NCBI GenBank assembly: GCA_964628445.1
Contig: CAZVOP010000002.1
Span: 20,421 to 84,420, forward strand
DNA length: 64,000 nt
Direction of reading: 5' to 3'
Source: an uncultured Pseudobdellovibrionaceae bacterium
Lineage (GTDB): Bacteria; Bdellovibrionota; Bdellovibrionia; Bdellovibrionales; UBA1609
Part shown: positions 29,956-39,663 of the stretch, one piece after another
Layout of the letters: each line of letters begins with the position of its first letter
Numbering within the stretch: position 1 is the first letter of the stretch
The notes under the pieces: model-generated
Database searches by the model: none
What the model saw: only the letters and a program-made list of their open reading frames with translations
What the model was told of the DNA's origin: nothing
Position numbers and translations under genes: made by a program

Positions 29956-30443
29956 TGAGCCTGGCCGCTCTTGACGTTGTGCTCGCCTACAAAAACGACG
30001 ATGTGGTCAGCCGTTTTGCCGATGATCACAACGTCACGCTTGCCGATGCCGCCGAGATCTTTACCGAGACAAAACGCTGGCTGTGGATAACCGCCAAGGG
30101 CCGGGCCAGTGAATCCGAGTTCGTGGCGGTGCCGCTTTTTAATGAAGCCTACGCCATCGATATGATGTGGCATACATTTATTTTATTTACACAAGATTAT
30201 GCCGATTTCTGCGCACGTTTCTTCGGCGCCTTTATTCACCATCAGCCCAAAAGCCAGGCTGAAACGCTGAAGTGGCGCGCACGGATCGAGAGCGATCCCG
30301 AGGGGGCAAAGCTTGAACGCGAGCAAAACCTGCGCAAAGTTTACGAATACCTATACGACGAGGTTGGACCGGAGATCCTGGTCAAGTGGTGCGAGGATTT
30401 TCCCGCACGTTTTAAAAAATTAAACGCCGCTCACCCATGTTAA
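29955..30443 (+). CDS. hypothetical protein with WHxH-type motif (resembles DUF1399/glycine-rich-domain-protein core)
   Basis: YAIDMMWHTFILFTQDYADFCARFFGAFIHH. The start is uncertain: GTG 29913, ATG 29934 or ATG 29955. The 3' end overlaps the GNAT gene. Confidence 0.6.
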   Translation: MSLAALDVVLAYKNDDVVSRFADDHNVTLADAAEIFTETKRWLWITAKGRASESEFVAVPLFNEAYAIDMMWHTFILFTQDYADFCARFFGAFIHHQPKSQAETLKWRARIESDPEGAKLEREQNLRKVYEYLYDEVGPEILVKWCEDFPARFKKLNAAHPC

Positions 30444-31003
30444 AAATCAGACCGTTCACCGCAGACGATCTCGCCAAAGTTAAGGAATTTACCGACCGCG
30501 AAATCGGCGCGGGTTATTATTCGGACACAGAGTTACAAAATATTTTTGCGCGCTCGCACAAGGATGGAGTCATGTGCTCGCTGCTCATCGAAAACAGGGC
30601 CGGCGAGATCAAAGGCATCCGACTTTCCTACCCGCAGGGGCAGTGGCAAAGCGGAAAGGGCCAAGGCCTTCACCCCGAAAAATGGCCGCACCCTCTCCAA
30701 GACACGGCCTATTTTCAATCCTTGTTTTTGTCCGCTGACTTACAAGGCCAAGGCTTTGGCGGAAAAATCTCGGCAGAGGCTCTTCGCCTGTTGCGTCAGA
30801 GCGGCGCGAAGGGCGTGGTTTGCCATTCATGGAAGGAAAGCCCGAATAATTCTTCGACGCGCTATCTGCTTAAATTGGGCTTTAGTGTCGTTGCCGAGCA
30901 TCCCGGCTATTGGCGCGAGGTGAACTATAACTGTACTCGCTGCGGCAAACCGCCTTGCCAGTGTACAGCCTTGGAAATGTATTTAAATATGGATTCCCTA
31001 TGA
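30437..31003 (+). CDS. GNAT family N-acetyltransferase
   Basis: The acetyl-CoA loop LQGQGFGGKISAEAL fits the Q/RxxGxG/A pattern. 188 aa. Confidence 0.8.
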   Translation: MLKIRPFTADDLAKVKEFTDREIGAGYYSDTELQNIFARSHKDGVMCSLLIENRAGEIKGIRLSYPQGQWQSGKGQGLHPEKWPHPLQDTAYFQSLFLSADLQGQGFGGKISAEALRLLRQSGAKGVVCHSWKESPNNSSTRYLLKLGFSVVAEHPGYWREVNYNCTRCGKPPCQCTALEMYLNMDSL

Positions 31004-32175
31004 GCACATCTTATTGGTTGGACCGTTCAAAATCAGGTGGCGGAAAAACGTATGACGCCGTCATTATCGGCGCCGGCATCTCCGGCTTAAGCACGGCCTT
31101 TTGGCTGAACAAAGAAGACCCCAGTTTAAAGATCGCGGTGATCGAGAAATCGCGCCTGGCCTTTGGCGCCAGCGGCCGCAACGCCGGCTTCATCACATGC
31201 GGCTCGGTTGAGCACTTCAACCGCATGATCAATAAACATGGTTTGGATCAAGCGACGGAAATTTGGCGATTTGCGCAAGAAAACCTGCGCTTGCTTAAAG
31301 AAGAAATCATTCAAGACAGCGGCACCGACCTCGAATTCGAGCACAATGGCGCTTACTCGCTGGCCGCGCAAGACAACGAATTCGAAGAGCTTAAAAATTG
31401 CGCCTCGATCATGAACAAGCTCAATATCCGTACCGAGGTTTACAATAGTGCGGAAGTTCGCGAGCGCGCCGGTGCCCAGGGTTTTGTCGGCGGAATTAAA
31501 TATCTCGACGACGCCAGCATCAACCCTGTCAAGCTGGTCAATAAATTGCGTTCGAAAGTGAATATCGATTTATTTGAAGGCGTCGAAGCTTATAAAATTG
31601 AGATCGCCAAAGACGATGAAAATTTGCGCACAGTGCGCACCGACCTCGGTGACTTCACGGCACCCATGATTTTGCTGAACTTAAACGGTTACTCTTCGAC
31701 TCTTCATCCGTGGTTTAAAGATAAGATCTACGCCACCCGCGGCCAGTGCCTGATGATGGCGCCGGTGAAACGCTTTATGGAAGGCCCGTGCTACGCCAAT
31801 TTTTATCTCGATTATTTCCGCCAGCTGCCCAGCGGGCAATTGCTGATCGGCGGTTTCCGCCAGGTCGAGAAAGAATCCGAAGTGGGCACCTCGGATCACA
31901 TCACCGAGCCTATACAAAAAGCGCTCAATGAATTCGTGATGAAGCACTTGCCCCAGTATAAGGATTCCGAAGTCACGCATCGTTGGTCGGGCGTCATGGG
32001 CTTTGCCAAAGACGGGGAACCCATGGTCGGCTCTATTCCCGACGATCCACAGATATTTTTCGCGGGCGGCTATACGGCCCACGGAATCGGGCTCGCCTTC
32101 CACACGACGAAGCGCTTGGTGGACGTGGTGTTTGGGCGCGAGATCCCGCGGTGGCTCTCCGCACGCCGTTTTTAG
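31000..32175 (+). CDS. FAD-dependent oxidoreductase (DAO / glycine-D-amino-acid oxidase-like)
   Basis: YDAVIIGAGISGLSTAFWL. ATG 31000 forms an ATGA overlap with the GNAT stop. Confidence 0.8.
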   Translation: MSTSYWLDRSKSGGGKTYDAVIIGAGISGLSTAFWLNKEDPSLKIAVIEKSRLAFGASGRNAGFITCGSVEHFNRMINKHGLDQATEIWRFAQENLRLLKEEIIQDSGTDLEFEHNGAYSLAAQDNEFEELKNCASIMNKLNIRTEVYNSAEVRERAGAQGFVGGIKYLDDASINPVKLVNKLRSKVNIDLFEGVEAYKIEIAKDDENLRTVRTDLGDFTAPMILLNLNGYSSTLHPWFKDKIYATRGQCLMMAPVKRFMEGPCYANFYLDYFRQLPSGQLLIGGFRQVEKESEVGTSDHITEPIQKALNEFVMKHLPQYKDSEVTHRWSGVMGFAKDGEPMVGSIPDDPQIFFAGGYTAHGIGLAFHTTKRLVDVVFGREIPRWLSARRF

Positions 32176-32198
32176 GCTGCCTAACTTTACCATAGTCC

Positions 32199-33581
32199 AT
32201 GCAAGGACTTCACGTGGCTGCAATGTGGTTGCCTGACATTGAGCTTCTGAATTATCCCTTCAAGGTGATCAAACAGACGTTCAGTTTTCTTCTTAGTGCG
32301 CTCATTGCCTTAGCTCCTTTGGAGAGCCACGCCCATGCTTTAAGACTGATTCTCGAGACCGGCCTCAAAGACACCGACAGCACCCGACTCGCCGTCGATT
32401 TTGGCGAGATGACTTTTGATGAATTGGGCCGCCTGCCGGAAAAGCTTCAGCAAAATTCCGACATTTTACCCGGCCGCTCTGAACCTTTGATTGTGCATGC
32501 CTTCGTTCCGTCCGATCTCGATCAAGCCGCAAAAGATGAATTCGCAGCCAACGTGCAAGAGCAGCTCAGCCGCCATCACCGCAAGCTCACGATCACCGTT
32601 CTCACCGTCGACATAGATCTCGAACAGGCACAACGCGATCACGATGAAGCCAACTTAAGCCTGGTTGATCCAAGTCTGGTGCACGCCAATGACGAGCAAC
32701 TTTCCTCGCTGCAAGTCTGGCGCGGCCGTTTCAAAGAATCGATCAACAACTATAAACGTTGGCTAAAGAGCGGCTACACCAAGGACAAAGACGAGCGTGT
32801 GGGCGGCTGGATCGGCAAAGCGCGCGGCATGGCCAGTGCCTCCGTGTGGTTTGGATTTAACCACGCCAGCTGGTCGACCGCTTTTCAAATCCCCGCTTCA
32901 TTTTTTCTGGATTGGTTTTTTTCGAAATACGAACGCAAAGTCGATATTTTCAAAGCCACGCATCGCTTACCCGGTGAAAACGTTCCCGGATTAAAATATG
33001 TGGTGCGGTTTTACAACGACCGCCCGCTACTGAAATCATGGATCATCGGGAATCTGATCGGCTTTACCGCCAACTCCTATTTCCGCTTTTGGAGTTGGGT
33101 CGAGGACCCGGTGCGCACAAGCGCCCCGTGGTCACCCGATGCGCTGGCGACATACACCGGGCTCTTGAGCATCGGCAATCTATCCGCCGCGTTCGGCGCG
33201 CAGGGTCCGCGAATTTTACGTAAAAAGGGGTACATCAGCTCGCGCAGCGAATATTATCTCTACACCAGTTACGGAGCGATCTTTCAGGTGGGCGGCTGGT
33301 TATACGGACTAGGGTGGAATTGGCCGGCGCTCGCACTGGCCTCGGGCGAATCTCTATTTAAGATCGGACTCTATACGGCCGCCCGCTTTAGCCCCAATAA
33401 GGATCCGCGCGCGATCGTCTTACATTCCGGATTGAATGAAAAAGAAGCCACCGAACTTCTCTACCGTGTAGGCTTGGAAAAAAGCGAACTGAAGTCGTTC
33501 AAAAAAGAAGATTTTGACCGCGTTATCCGCCGCCTTAAACGTCAACCGGGTTGTGAAGAAGAACTCAATTCAGAGGAGTGA
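32199..33581 (+). CDS. hypothetical membrane protein
   Basis: 460 aa with several hydrophobic helices in the C-terminal half. No family recognised. Confidence 0.55.
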   Translation: MQGLHVAAMWLPDIELLNYPFKVIKQTFSFLLSALIALAPLESHAHALRLILETGLKDTDSTRLAVDFGEMTFDELGRLPEKLQQNSDILPGRSEPLIVHAFVPSDLDQAAKDEFAANVQEQLSRHHRKLTITVLTVDIDLEQAQRDHDEANLSLVDPSLVHANDEQLSSLQVWRGRFKESINNYKRWLKSGYTKDKDERVGGWIGKARGMASASVWFGFNHASWSTAFQIPASFFLDWFFSKYERKVDIFKATHRLPGENVPGLKYVVRFYNDRPLLKSWIIGNLIGFTANSYFRFWSWVEDPVRTSAPWSPDALATYTGLLSIGNLSAAFGAQGPRILRKKGYISSRSEYYLYTSYGAIFQVGGWLYGLGWNWPALALASGESLFKIGLYTAARFSPNKDPRAIVLHSGLNEKEATELLYRVGLEKSELKSFKKEDFDRVIRRLKRQPGCEEELNSEE

Positions 33582-33583
33582 CC

Positions 33584-34078
33584 ATGCTGCAAATTATTTT
33601 TTCCGTTTTCCTTTCGCTCGCCGCTTGCGCGTCGGGCAACTCGCTCACCAAAAAAGACATCGTGGACCGGCAAAACATCCAGTCTCTTCACGGCAGCGCC
33701 AATTTGCTCATGGCCTTGGCCGATCATTCGGTCAAATTGGATTGCCCGATTTCTTCGGAAGAAGCTTTGCGCCTGATCAATCCGCTCCACGCTTTGATTG
33801 ACGAGCGCGTGCAAGTGGAGAGCGAGCTGGCCTTAAAGAATCCCAAAGAGTATTGGGACAGACGCAGCATCGACACTTGCGAACAGCGTTGCGAATGCGG
33901 GTTGTGGGTCAAAGTTTTTGAAAACGCGCCCAAAGCCTTCGGGCTAAAGAAAGTCGAAGGACTTCGCGCCAAGGCCGCCGCGCAAAAACCGAGCGCTTTA
34001 GAAACTTGCGTCAAGGACCAACGCTGGTTCTGCAAAAGCGAATTGCGGGATTTCTTGGCTCAAGAATTAAAAAAATAA
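33584..34078 (+). CDS. hypothetical lipoprotein
   Basis: GAGGAG lies 6 nt before ATG 33584. The product begins MLQIIFSVFLSLAACASG, which contains a lipobox. Confidence 0.6.
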   Translation: MLQIIFSVFLSLAACASGNSLTKKDIVDRQNIQSLHGSANLLMALADHSVKLDCPISSEEALRLINPLHALIDERVQVESELALKNPKEYWDRRSIDTCEQRCECGLWVKVFENAPKAFGLKKVEGLRAKAAAQKPSALETCVKDQRWFCKSELRDFLAQELKK

Positions 34079-34079
34079 T

Positions 34080-34451
34080 CTAAAACGGTTTATAGACGGC
34101 GAGATAGGCCGCGGCTCCGCCTAAAATGAATATCAAAAACCAAGCGTAGCGGGCCGAGGCGGGCTTGCGGATGACCACCGCGCTCAAGCCCCCAAGAATC
34201 AACCAAATACAAAGCTTTGCGATCACCCAACCGGGAAGCCCGTCGTGCCCCATTCCCAAGCGCGCAAGCAAACCAAAGCCGCCGACAAGGGCCAGAAGCA
34301 AACCTATACCGTGAGTGCCGGCAGCCATTCTTCGCCACGCAAAGCTGCGCCCGCCGCCGTCAATGGCATGCATGGCGAGGCCGCCAAGCGACATCACCAC
34401 CATGAACACGCCGGTCAAATGAACGACCTTGTAAACTGCATAAGGAATCAT
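34080..34451 (-). CDS. small 4-TM membrane protein
   Basis: 123 aa with four hydrophobic helices. It starts 2 nt downstream of htpX. Confidence 0.6.
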   Translation of the reverse strand: MIPYAVYKVVHLTGVFMVVMSLGGLAMHAIDGGGRSFAWRRMAAGTHGIGLLLALVGGFGLLARLGMGHDGLPGWVIAKLCIWLILGGLSAVVIRKPASARYAWFLIFILGGAAAYLAVYKPF

Positions 34452-34452
34452 G

Positions 34453-35358
34453 TTAAGCGACGTAACCTTTCAAACGCTCAATGCGCTCTTCTAGAGGAGG
34501 ATGAGTCGAAAACAAGCGCATAAAGCCGCCCGCGTGGCTGGAAATCTTCAAAGTCTGCACCACCGGCGAAGCATCTTGAGCGACGACGTCGAAAGTGCGC
34601 TGCAATCCTTGAAGCGCGTGAATCATGCTGTCGCGGCCGGCGAGCATGGCGCCGCCACGGTCCGCCCGAAATTCACGTGCCCGCGAAAACCAGGCGACGA
34701 CGATCGAGCCAAGAATCATGAACACGACTTCAAGCGCCATCGACACCAGGTAAAACGACATCCCGCCGCCCGATCTGCGGCCTTCTCCGTCGCGCGAGGA
34801 GGTGATTGCAAATGCAATCGCGCGCGCAAGGAACATCACGAAAGCGTTGATCACGCCTTGGATTAAAGTCATCGTCACCATGTCGCCGTTGGCGACGTGT
34901 GAAATTTCATGGCCAAGTACGCCGCGCACCTGTTCATTATTCATCGAGCGCAAAAGCCCGCTCGACACCGCCACTAAAGCCCGTGATTTGGTCGGACCCG
35001 TCGCAAAAGCATTGGGTTCCGGCGATTCATAGATTCCCACTTCAGGCATCTTCGGCAATTTCGCCGCGCGCGCCAACTGGTGCACGGTGTCCACCAATGC
35101 ACGTAGCTCGGGATCGCGCACGTCGGGACTGATCACCTTCACGCCCATCATCCATTTCGCCATCATGCGCGAGATCGCGAGCGAAATAAAAGCGCCGCCC
35201 ATACCCCATACCAAGCAAAAAATCGCCAGTGATTCATAATCCATTCCGTAGGCATTCAAATACGGACGGACCCCGAGAAGATTCAGAACAAGCGAGATAG
35301 TAACGACCACCAACAAATTCACTAAAATAAATAGACCAAATCTTTTGATCCAAGCCAT
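34453..35358 (-). CDS. htpX: zinc metalloprotease HtpX (M48)
   Basis: Collinear with E. coli HtpX as recalled: NAFATG, HEISHVANGDMVTMTLIQGVINAF, REFRADRGGA, STHPPLEERI. Confidence 0.95.
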   Translation of the reverse strand: MAWIKRFGLFILVNLLVVVTISLVLNLLGVRPYLNAYGMDYESLAIFCLVWGMGGAFISLAISRMMAKWMMGVKVISPDVRDPELRALVDTVHQLARAAKLPKMPEVGIYESPEPNAFATGPTKSRALVAVSSGLLRSMNNEQVRGVLGHEISHVANGDMVTMTLIQGVINAFVMFLARAIAFAITSSRDGEGRRSGGGMSFYLVSMALEVVFMILGSIVVAWFSRAREFRADRGGAMLAGRDSMIHALQGLQRTFDVVAQDASPVVQTLKISSHAGGFMRLFSTHPPLEERIERLKGYVA

Positions 35359-35445
35359 GTCGAACCTCCGTTAAAAAAGACGACTAAGGACAACAATATA
35401 CACTCTTACCGGGCCGGAGAAAAGGCGATATGGAATGAACAAAAT

Positions 35446-36738
35446 TTAATCTGAAGGGCGCTCGGCGCCCCCGGCATCGTTCGGGATTTCCTTCGGTATA
35501 GCGATAAAAAAGGAACCCGGCTGCATCATTATGCCCGCAGTAAGTTCCGATTTGGGCCCTTCCCCGGCATACAGATCTACCCGGCCTGGATTCATCTCTG
35601 TATCCCCGGTGTCCTGGGCGATGGCCATCGACAGATGGTCTTTCCACGTGATCACGCCGCCATCCGCTTCGGGCACTTTCGTTTGGATGATGATGGGCAC
35701 GCCGATCGGTATAGCTTTGCGATTGACCGCAACGGAAACCATCGGCGTTAGGGGGATATTCACCGCGCTCATGGGCGGCGATTCTTGCATCCGGAAAAAA
35801 GTGTAGCGCCGGTCAACTTTTAAAGCCGGCCCGAGCAAAGCGGGATTTTCCGCGAAGAATTTCCTTAAACCGGGAATGGTGAGTTCCGAATCCGGCAAAT
35901 TGAAACACTTTAAAAGCGGCACGAGGCCTACGGATTCCAAACCGTTGTGCGAGTCAAAATTCAGCATGACTTTTCTCTTGAGTTTTCCGGCCGCATTCAC
36001 ATAGCCGATGCCGGAGCCCTCGATCTGCAAAATGTAAAGATCCAGCAAGCTCTTGGCGTAAGCGATTTCGAGTCCCTTGCTTTTCAAAACGCCCTTGCCC
36101 TCGATTTCCGCGCGATCATAATAAGGCACCAAGCCTTCACTGGTTTTACGCCGCCAAACTTTGACACCGGAATCGACGACTGAAATTAGATCTTTGGGCG
36201 TTTTGTAGATCGGATATTTAAATACCTTGGTTCGTTTCAGGGATATTTCGATGCCGGGGGTATTGTAGGCTGAAACCATGATGCCGGCGTCTTTGGCGCT
36301 TAAGATTTTAAACCAACTGAACTCGGTTTTGGCATTTTCCATGACCTCAGAAAAACTTTTCCCGGCCGCGATAAACGACAACAGTTTTTCGTTGGTCATA
36401 ATGCACCACTCATGGCGCGACACCAATCGTTTGCCAATCTGAAAAAGCGTGGTGAGATCCTGGCGTTTGCAGGCGTCAAGTTGCCGCTCAAGCGCCAGTT
36501 TAAAATCCTTCAAATCGCCTCGGGCCGTCTCGAACTTCGGTAAATCGACCGGTTCCACCGCAACCAGCGAGTCGTCAGGCGCAAGTATGCTTTCACGAAC
36601 AGGTGCATTGCGCTTGATGCAAGCTTCGTAATCTTTCGGCATGTCCATGGCGAAGGCGAATGCGTTCAAGCTCAAAGCGAAAACCCAAAACACTTTAACT
36701 CTCCTAAGGTCGAGGCGGGAACGGCTTGGCAGATTCAT
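35446..36738 (-). CDS. MltA-like lytic murein transglycosylase paralog (divergent 3D domain)
   Basis: Signal peptide VFWVFALSLNAFAFA. MltA-type blocks: LVPYYDRAEIEG, LQIEGSGIGYV, RRYTFFR, IAQDTG, GRVDLYAGEG. Confidence 0.75.
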   Translation of the reverse strand: MNLPSRSRLDLRRVKVFWVFALSLNAFAFAMDMPKDYEACIKRNAPVRESILAPDDSLVAVEPVDLPKFETARGDLKDFKLALERQLDACKRQDLTTLFQIGKRLVSRHEWCIMTNEKLLSFIAAGKSFSEVMENAKTEFSWFKILSAKDAGIMVSAYNTPGIEISLKRTKVFKYPIYKTPKDLISVVDSGVKVWRRKTSEGLVPYYDRAEIEGKGVLKSKGLEIAYAKSLLDLYILQIEGSGIGYVNAAGKLKRKVMLNFDSHNGLESVGLVPLLKCFNLPDSELTIPGLRKFFAENPALLGPALKVDRRYTFFRMQESPPMSAVNIPLTPMVSVAVNRKAIPIGVPIIIQTKVPEADGGVITWKDHLSMAIAQDTGDTEMNPGRVDLYAGEGPKSELTAGIMMQPGSFFIAIPKEIPNDAGGAERPSD

Positions 36739-36779
36739 TGGTCCGCCTTATCCTAAAGATACCCCATACGGAGAATCAC

Positions 36780-38225
36780 ATGAAACGGAAAGCTTCAGGC
36801 CTAGTCATTTGTTTTGCCCTTAGTACGCTCGGCGCTTGCACATCGAACGCCAAGCATGACTCACGCAGGCCTGCCTCGCTTATCGAAAATATCTCCACGG
36901 AAACGGCGCTCAGCGAAGTGATGAATGAGCAAAAAAGCTTGAACGAAGTTGAGAATCTGGCGATGACCGTCGCGCGCATTTACTTTCGCACTCAAGATTA
37001 CGTGCGCCAATTCGACCTGGAATTGGAAACCGCGCTAAAAAATCCCGAAGCTCCGGGCGCAAGAGATCTGATGACCGGTTGGACCTATGCGACCCTGATG
37101 GCCAGCCGCATGCTTTCCGAAGCGGCAACCGAGCGCATTGTCACTCAATATGAAAGTTTGATGACGTCTTACTGGGAAGCCTTGGACAAGAACACCGATG
37201 CGCGGGAAATCGCCCGCCAATTGATGGACTTTCGAAATAGCATCAACGAGGCGCGCTTTCTCACCGGCGCAAACCGGCTCGCCCTTCAAGATCTCGCGGC
37301 GGAGTTGAGCGTCGTGCCGCTTAAAACTTATACCGAATACCACGGCCCTCAAGCTCGCATACCCAGCGACGTCGCCTCGATACAAGACTTCAAATCGTTT
37401 TTATTTAAAGACAATGTCGAGCTTGCCGCTTTCGTGAATGAAAGTGGGAATCGCGCGGATTTAACCGCAAAGATTCAGCAAGCCCTGGCCAATGAGAAAG
37501 TTCTCCACCGGAACGTCATCTTGATGTCACCCATGATTCAAGTGCAACTCAAAGCCAACTCGGCCACGCGCGCGCCGCAAGCGATTGGGCCGGACGCGGG
37601 GGCCAGCGGCAATATTTCCGGAGAGAATTTTCCCAAAGGCACTTGGGCCCTCACCTTCGACGACGGACCCAGCCGTTTTACCTTGCAAATTCTCGCGAAC
37701 TTGCAAAGCCATGGCTTAAAAGCGAGTTTCTTTTGGCTGGCCCAAAACGTCAACTCGCCCGGCGCCGCCAAATACATCCAAGCCGCCAAGGCCGCGGGCA
37801 TGGATCTGAATAATCACTCTTACTCACACGCGAATTTGGTGAATCAAGGGGCCGCAGGCTTACAGCGCGAGATCGTCACCTCAACCGCCATCGAAACCCA
37901 AGCTTTTGGTTTCGCGCCGAAATATTTCCGCTGCCCTTACGGCTCGGGCCTGAACACGCCCCGCGTGCGCAGCATGATCGCCGGGCAAAATATGGTGCAT
38001 GTTTTTTGGAACGTCGACAGTCTCGATTGGCAAGACCACAATCCAGCAAGCATCGCCAAAAGGGTGCGCTCGCAAATGGAGCTGCAGGGGCGCGGGATCA
38101 TTTTGTTTCACGACATCCATCCGCAATCGGTCACCGCCAGCAACATGATCATGGACGATTTGGCGTCCAGCCGCTGGCGCTCACGCACGATCGACCAGAT
38201 CGTTAAAGAATTGAATGGCAAATAA
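36780..38225 (+). CDS. lipoprotein polysaccharide (peptidoglycan-type) deacetylase, NodB domain
   Basis: Lipobox STLGAC. All five NodB motifs are present: LTFDDGPS, HSYSH, FRCPYG, VDSLDW, ILFHDIH. The ~280-aa N-terminal domain is unrecognised. Confidence 0.85.
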   Translation: MKRKASGLVICFALSTLGACTSNAKHDSRRPASLIENISTETALSEVMNEQKSLNEVENLAMTVARIYFRTQDYVRQFDLELETALKNPEAPGARDLMTGWTYATLMASRMLSEAATERIVTQYESLMTSYWEALDKNTDAREIARQLMDFRNSINEARFLTGANRLALQDLAAELSVVPLKTYTEYHGPQARIPSDVASIQDFKSFLFKDNVELAAFVNESGNRADLTAKIQQALANEKVLHRNVILMSPMIQVQLKANSATRAPQAIGPDAGASGNISGENFPKGTWALTFDDGPSRFTLQILANLQSHGLKASFFWLAQNVNSPGAAKYIQAAKAAGMDLNNHSYSHANLVNQGAAGLQREIVTSTAIETQAFGFAPKYFRCPYGSGLNTPRVRSMIAGQNMVHVFWNVDSLDWQDHNPASIAKRVRSQMELQGRGIILFHDIHPQSVTASNMIMDDLASSRWRSRTIDQIVKELNGK

Positions 38226-39636
38226 TTTTCGGCCTAAGCATCTTAAGTTCATCGCCGCGGCTCTTTATGTCGTCTCACTCGCGGCGATGAAGATTTACAG
38301 CTCCGACAATTCCTTCTCGCTCTCCTTCGCCTCAAGCGATCCTATTTTGTCGTGCCTCGAGGAGAATCGCCGCAAAAATTGGGAGAACAGCAAAGACAAA
38401 GAGCCTACCCGGCCGGAGGATGAATATCCGGTTTCGCCCTACACGTACAGCGCGGTGAGCGCCGACGAACTGCCTAAGATTTGCCAAGACGGCGATTTAG
38501 GAAAATTCCAGGCCGCCTTAGAGAAACAAATCACGCGCTATCGCTCAATGAGACCCGAAGCGCACGCCAAAAAGAAATTCAAATTCGGCTGCAAGGTTTA
38601 TACGCGCCAAGAGTATGCGCTCGACACCAACGTCAAAATGCTCGAGATTGCGCGCAAATCGGGCTCCTTCCCCGCCTTCATTTCGCGCGCCAGTCATGAA
38701 TTCGACTGGTACCGGAGCGACGGCCGCCTTGACGACAGCGAAAATTATCCCGCGCTAAAAAAAGGCACCATGCAGTTCACCGCTTACTATCTGCCGGCGC
38801 CGCTCGAAGCTTCGCGCAAGCCCACTGAACTTTTGCGCCACCCGTTTTACAAAGTTCCGCCCGAGGTTGTGCATCTTGAAAACGATGAACCCGGAGATTG
38901 CGGCAAAGATCCAATCACCGGCAAAGCCGTTCGTTGGTGTTCTAAGCGAGAGGGCAAGTACTTTCCCCTGCCCAAGCGCAAGGACATCGATGCCGGTGGC
39001 GCCCTCAAAGATCAAGGTTTGGAGATCGGTTACGTCGCCGACCCGATCGATATCGCCTTCTTAATGGTGCAGGGCTCGGGCTCGCTGAATATCACCGAGG
39101 AAGACGGCTCCAAGCATGTGGTGCGGATCAACTACGGCGGGCAAAACGGCGGAATTCGTTACATGTTGTCCAGTATTTTAAAGTGCGCGGGCGCGGGCAA
39201 AGATCAATACTCCTCGATGAACGGCATTCGCGAGTACTTACGCAAAAAACCGCGAGCGCGGGCACGCCTGTTGAACTATGACGAGACCTACATATTTTTT
39301 AACGAGCAGGATGTCGGTCCCTTCGGCGTCGAAGACATCCCGATCACAGATCGCAGCACGATCGCCACCGATGTGAAAGTAATCCCGACTGGTGCCGTAA
39401 CGCTATTTAACCTGGAGAGGCCCGAAGGCCGCGTGGGCGAATGCGACCACATCACCAGCATGGCCGTCGCCCAAGATGTCGGCGGTGCCATTAAGGGTGC
39501 GCATGTCGATTGGTACCAAGGTGAGGGCGACGTGGCCGCAAGCCGCGCCAATAAGGTCAATAGCGCCGGCGTGCTTTACGTGGCGGTCCCAAAGGGTGCC
39601 GGGCGTGAAATCCCCGGCTGCAATGATTTGAACTGA
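38215..39636 (+). CDS. mltA: MltA-family lytic murein transglycosylase
   Basis: Blocks LMVQGSGSL, TYIFFNE, TIATD and VAQDVGGAIKGAHVDWYQGEG (3D domain). It overlaps the deacetylase gene by 11 nt. Confidence 0.8.
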   Translation: MANNFRPKHLKFIAAALYVVSLAAMKIYSSDNSFSLSFASSDPILSCLEENRRKNWENSKDKEPTRPEDEYPVSPYTYSAVSADELPKICQDGDLGKFQAALEKQITRYRSMRPEAHAKKKFKFGCKVYTRQEYALDTNVKMLEIARKSGSFPAFISRASHEFDWYRSDGRLDDSENYPALKKGTMQFTAYYLPAPLEASRKPTELLRHPFYKVPPEVVHLENDEPGDCGKDPITGKAVRWCSKREGKYFPLPKRKDIDAGGALKDQGLEIGYVADPIDIAFLMVQGSGSLNITEEDGSKHVVRINYGGQNGGIRYMLSSILKCAGAGKDQYSSMNGIREYLRKKPRARARLLNYDETYIFFNEQDVGPFGVEDIPITDRSTIATDVKVIPTGAVTLFNLERPEGRVGECDHITSMAVAQDVGGAIKGAHVDWYQGEGDVAASRANKVNSAGVLYVAVPKGAGREIPGCNDLN

Positions 39637-39663
39637 GACCGCCAAGCGTGCTATGACGTCGAA

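Noticed and set aside
29754-30173. 139-aa minus-strand ORF spanning the small-peptide / WHxH gene junction
   Set aside because: It is antisense to a string of translationally coupled plus-strand genes, with no SD and no recognisable features.
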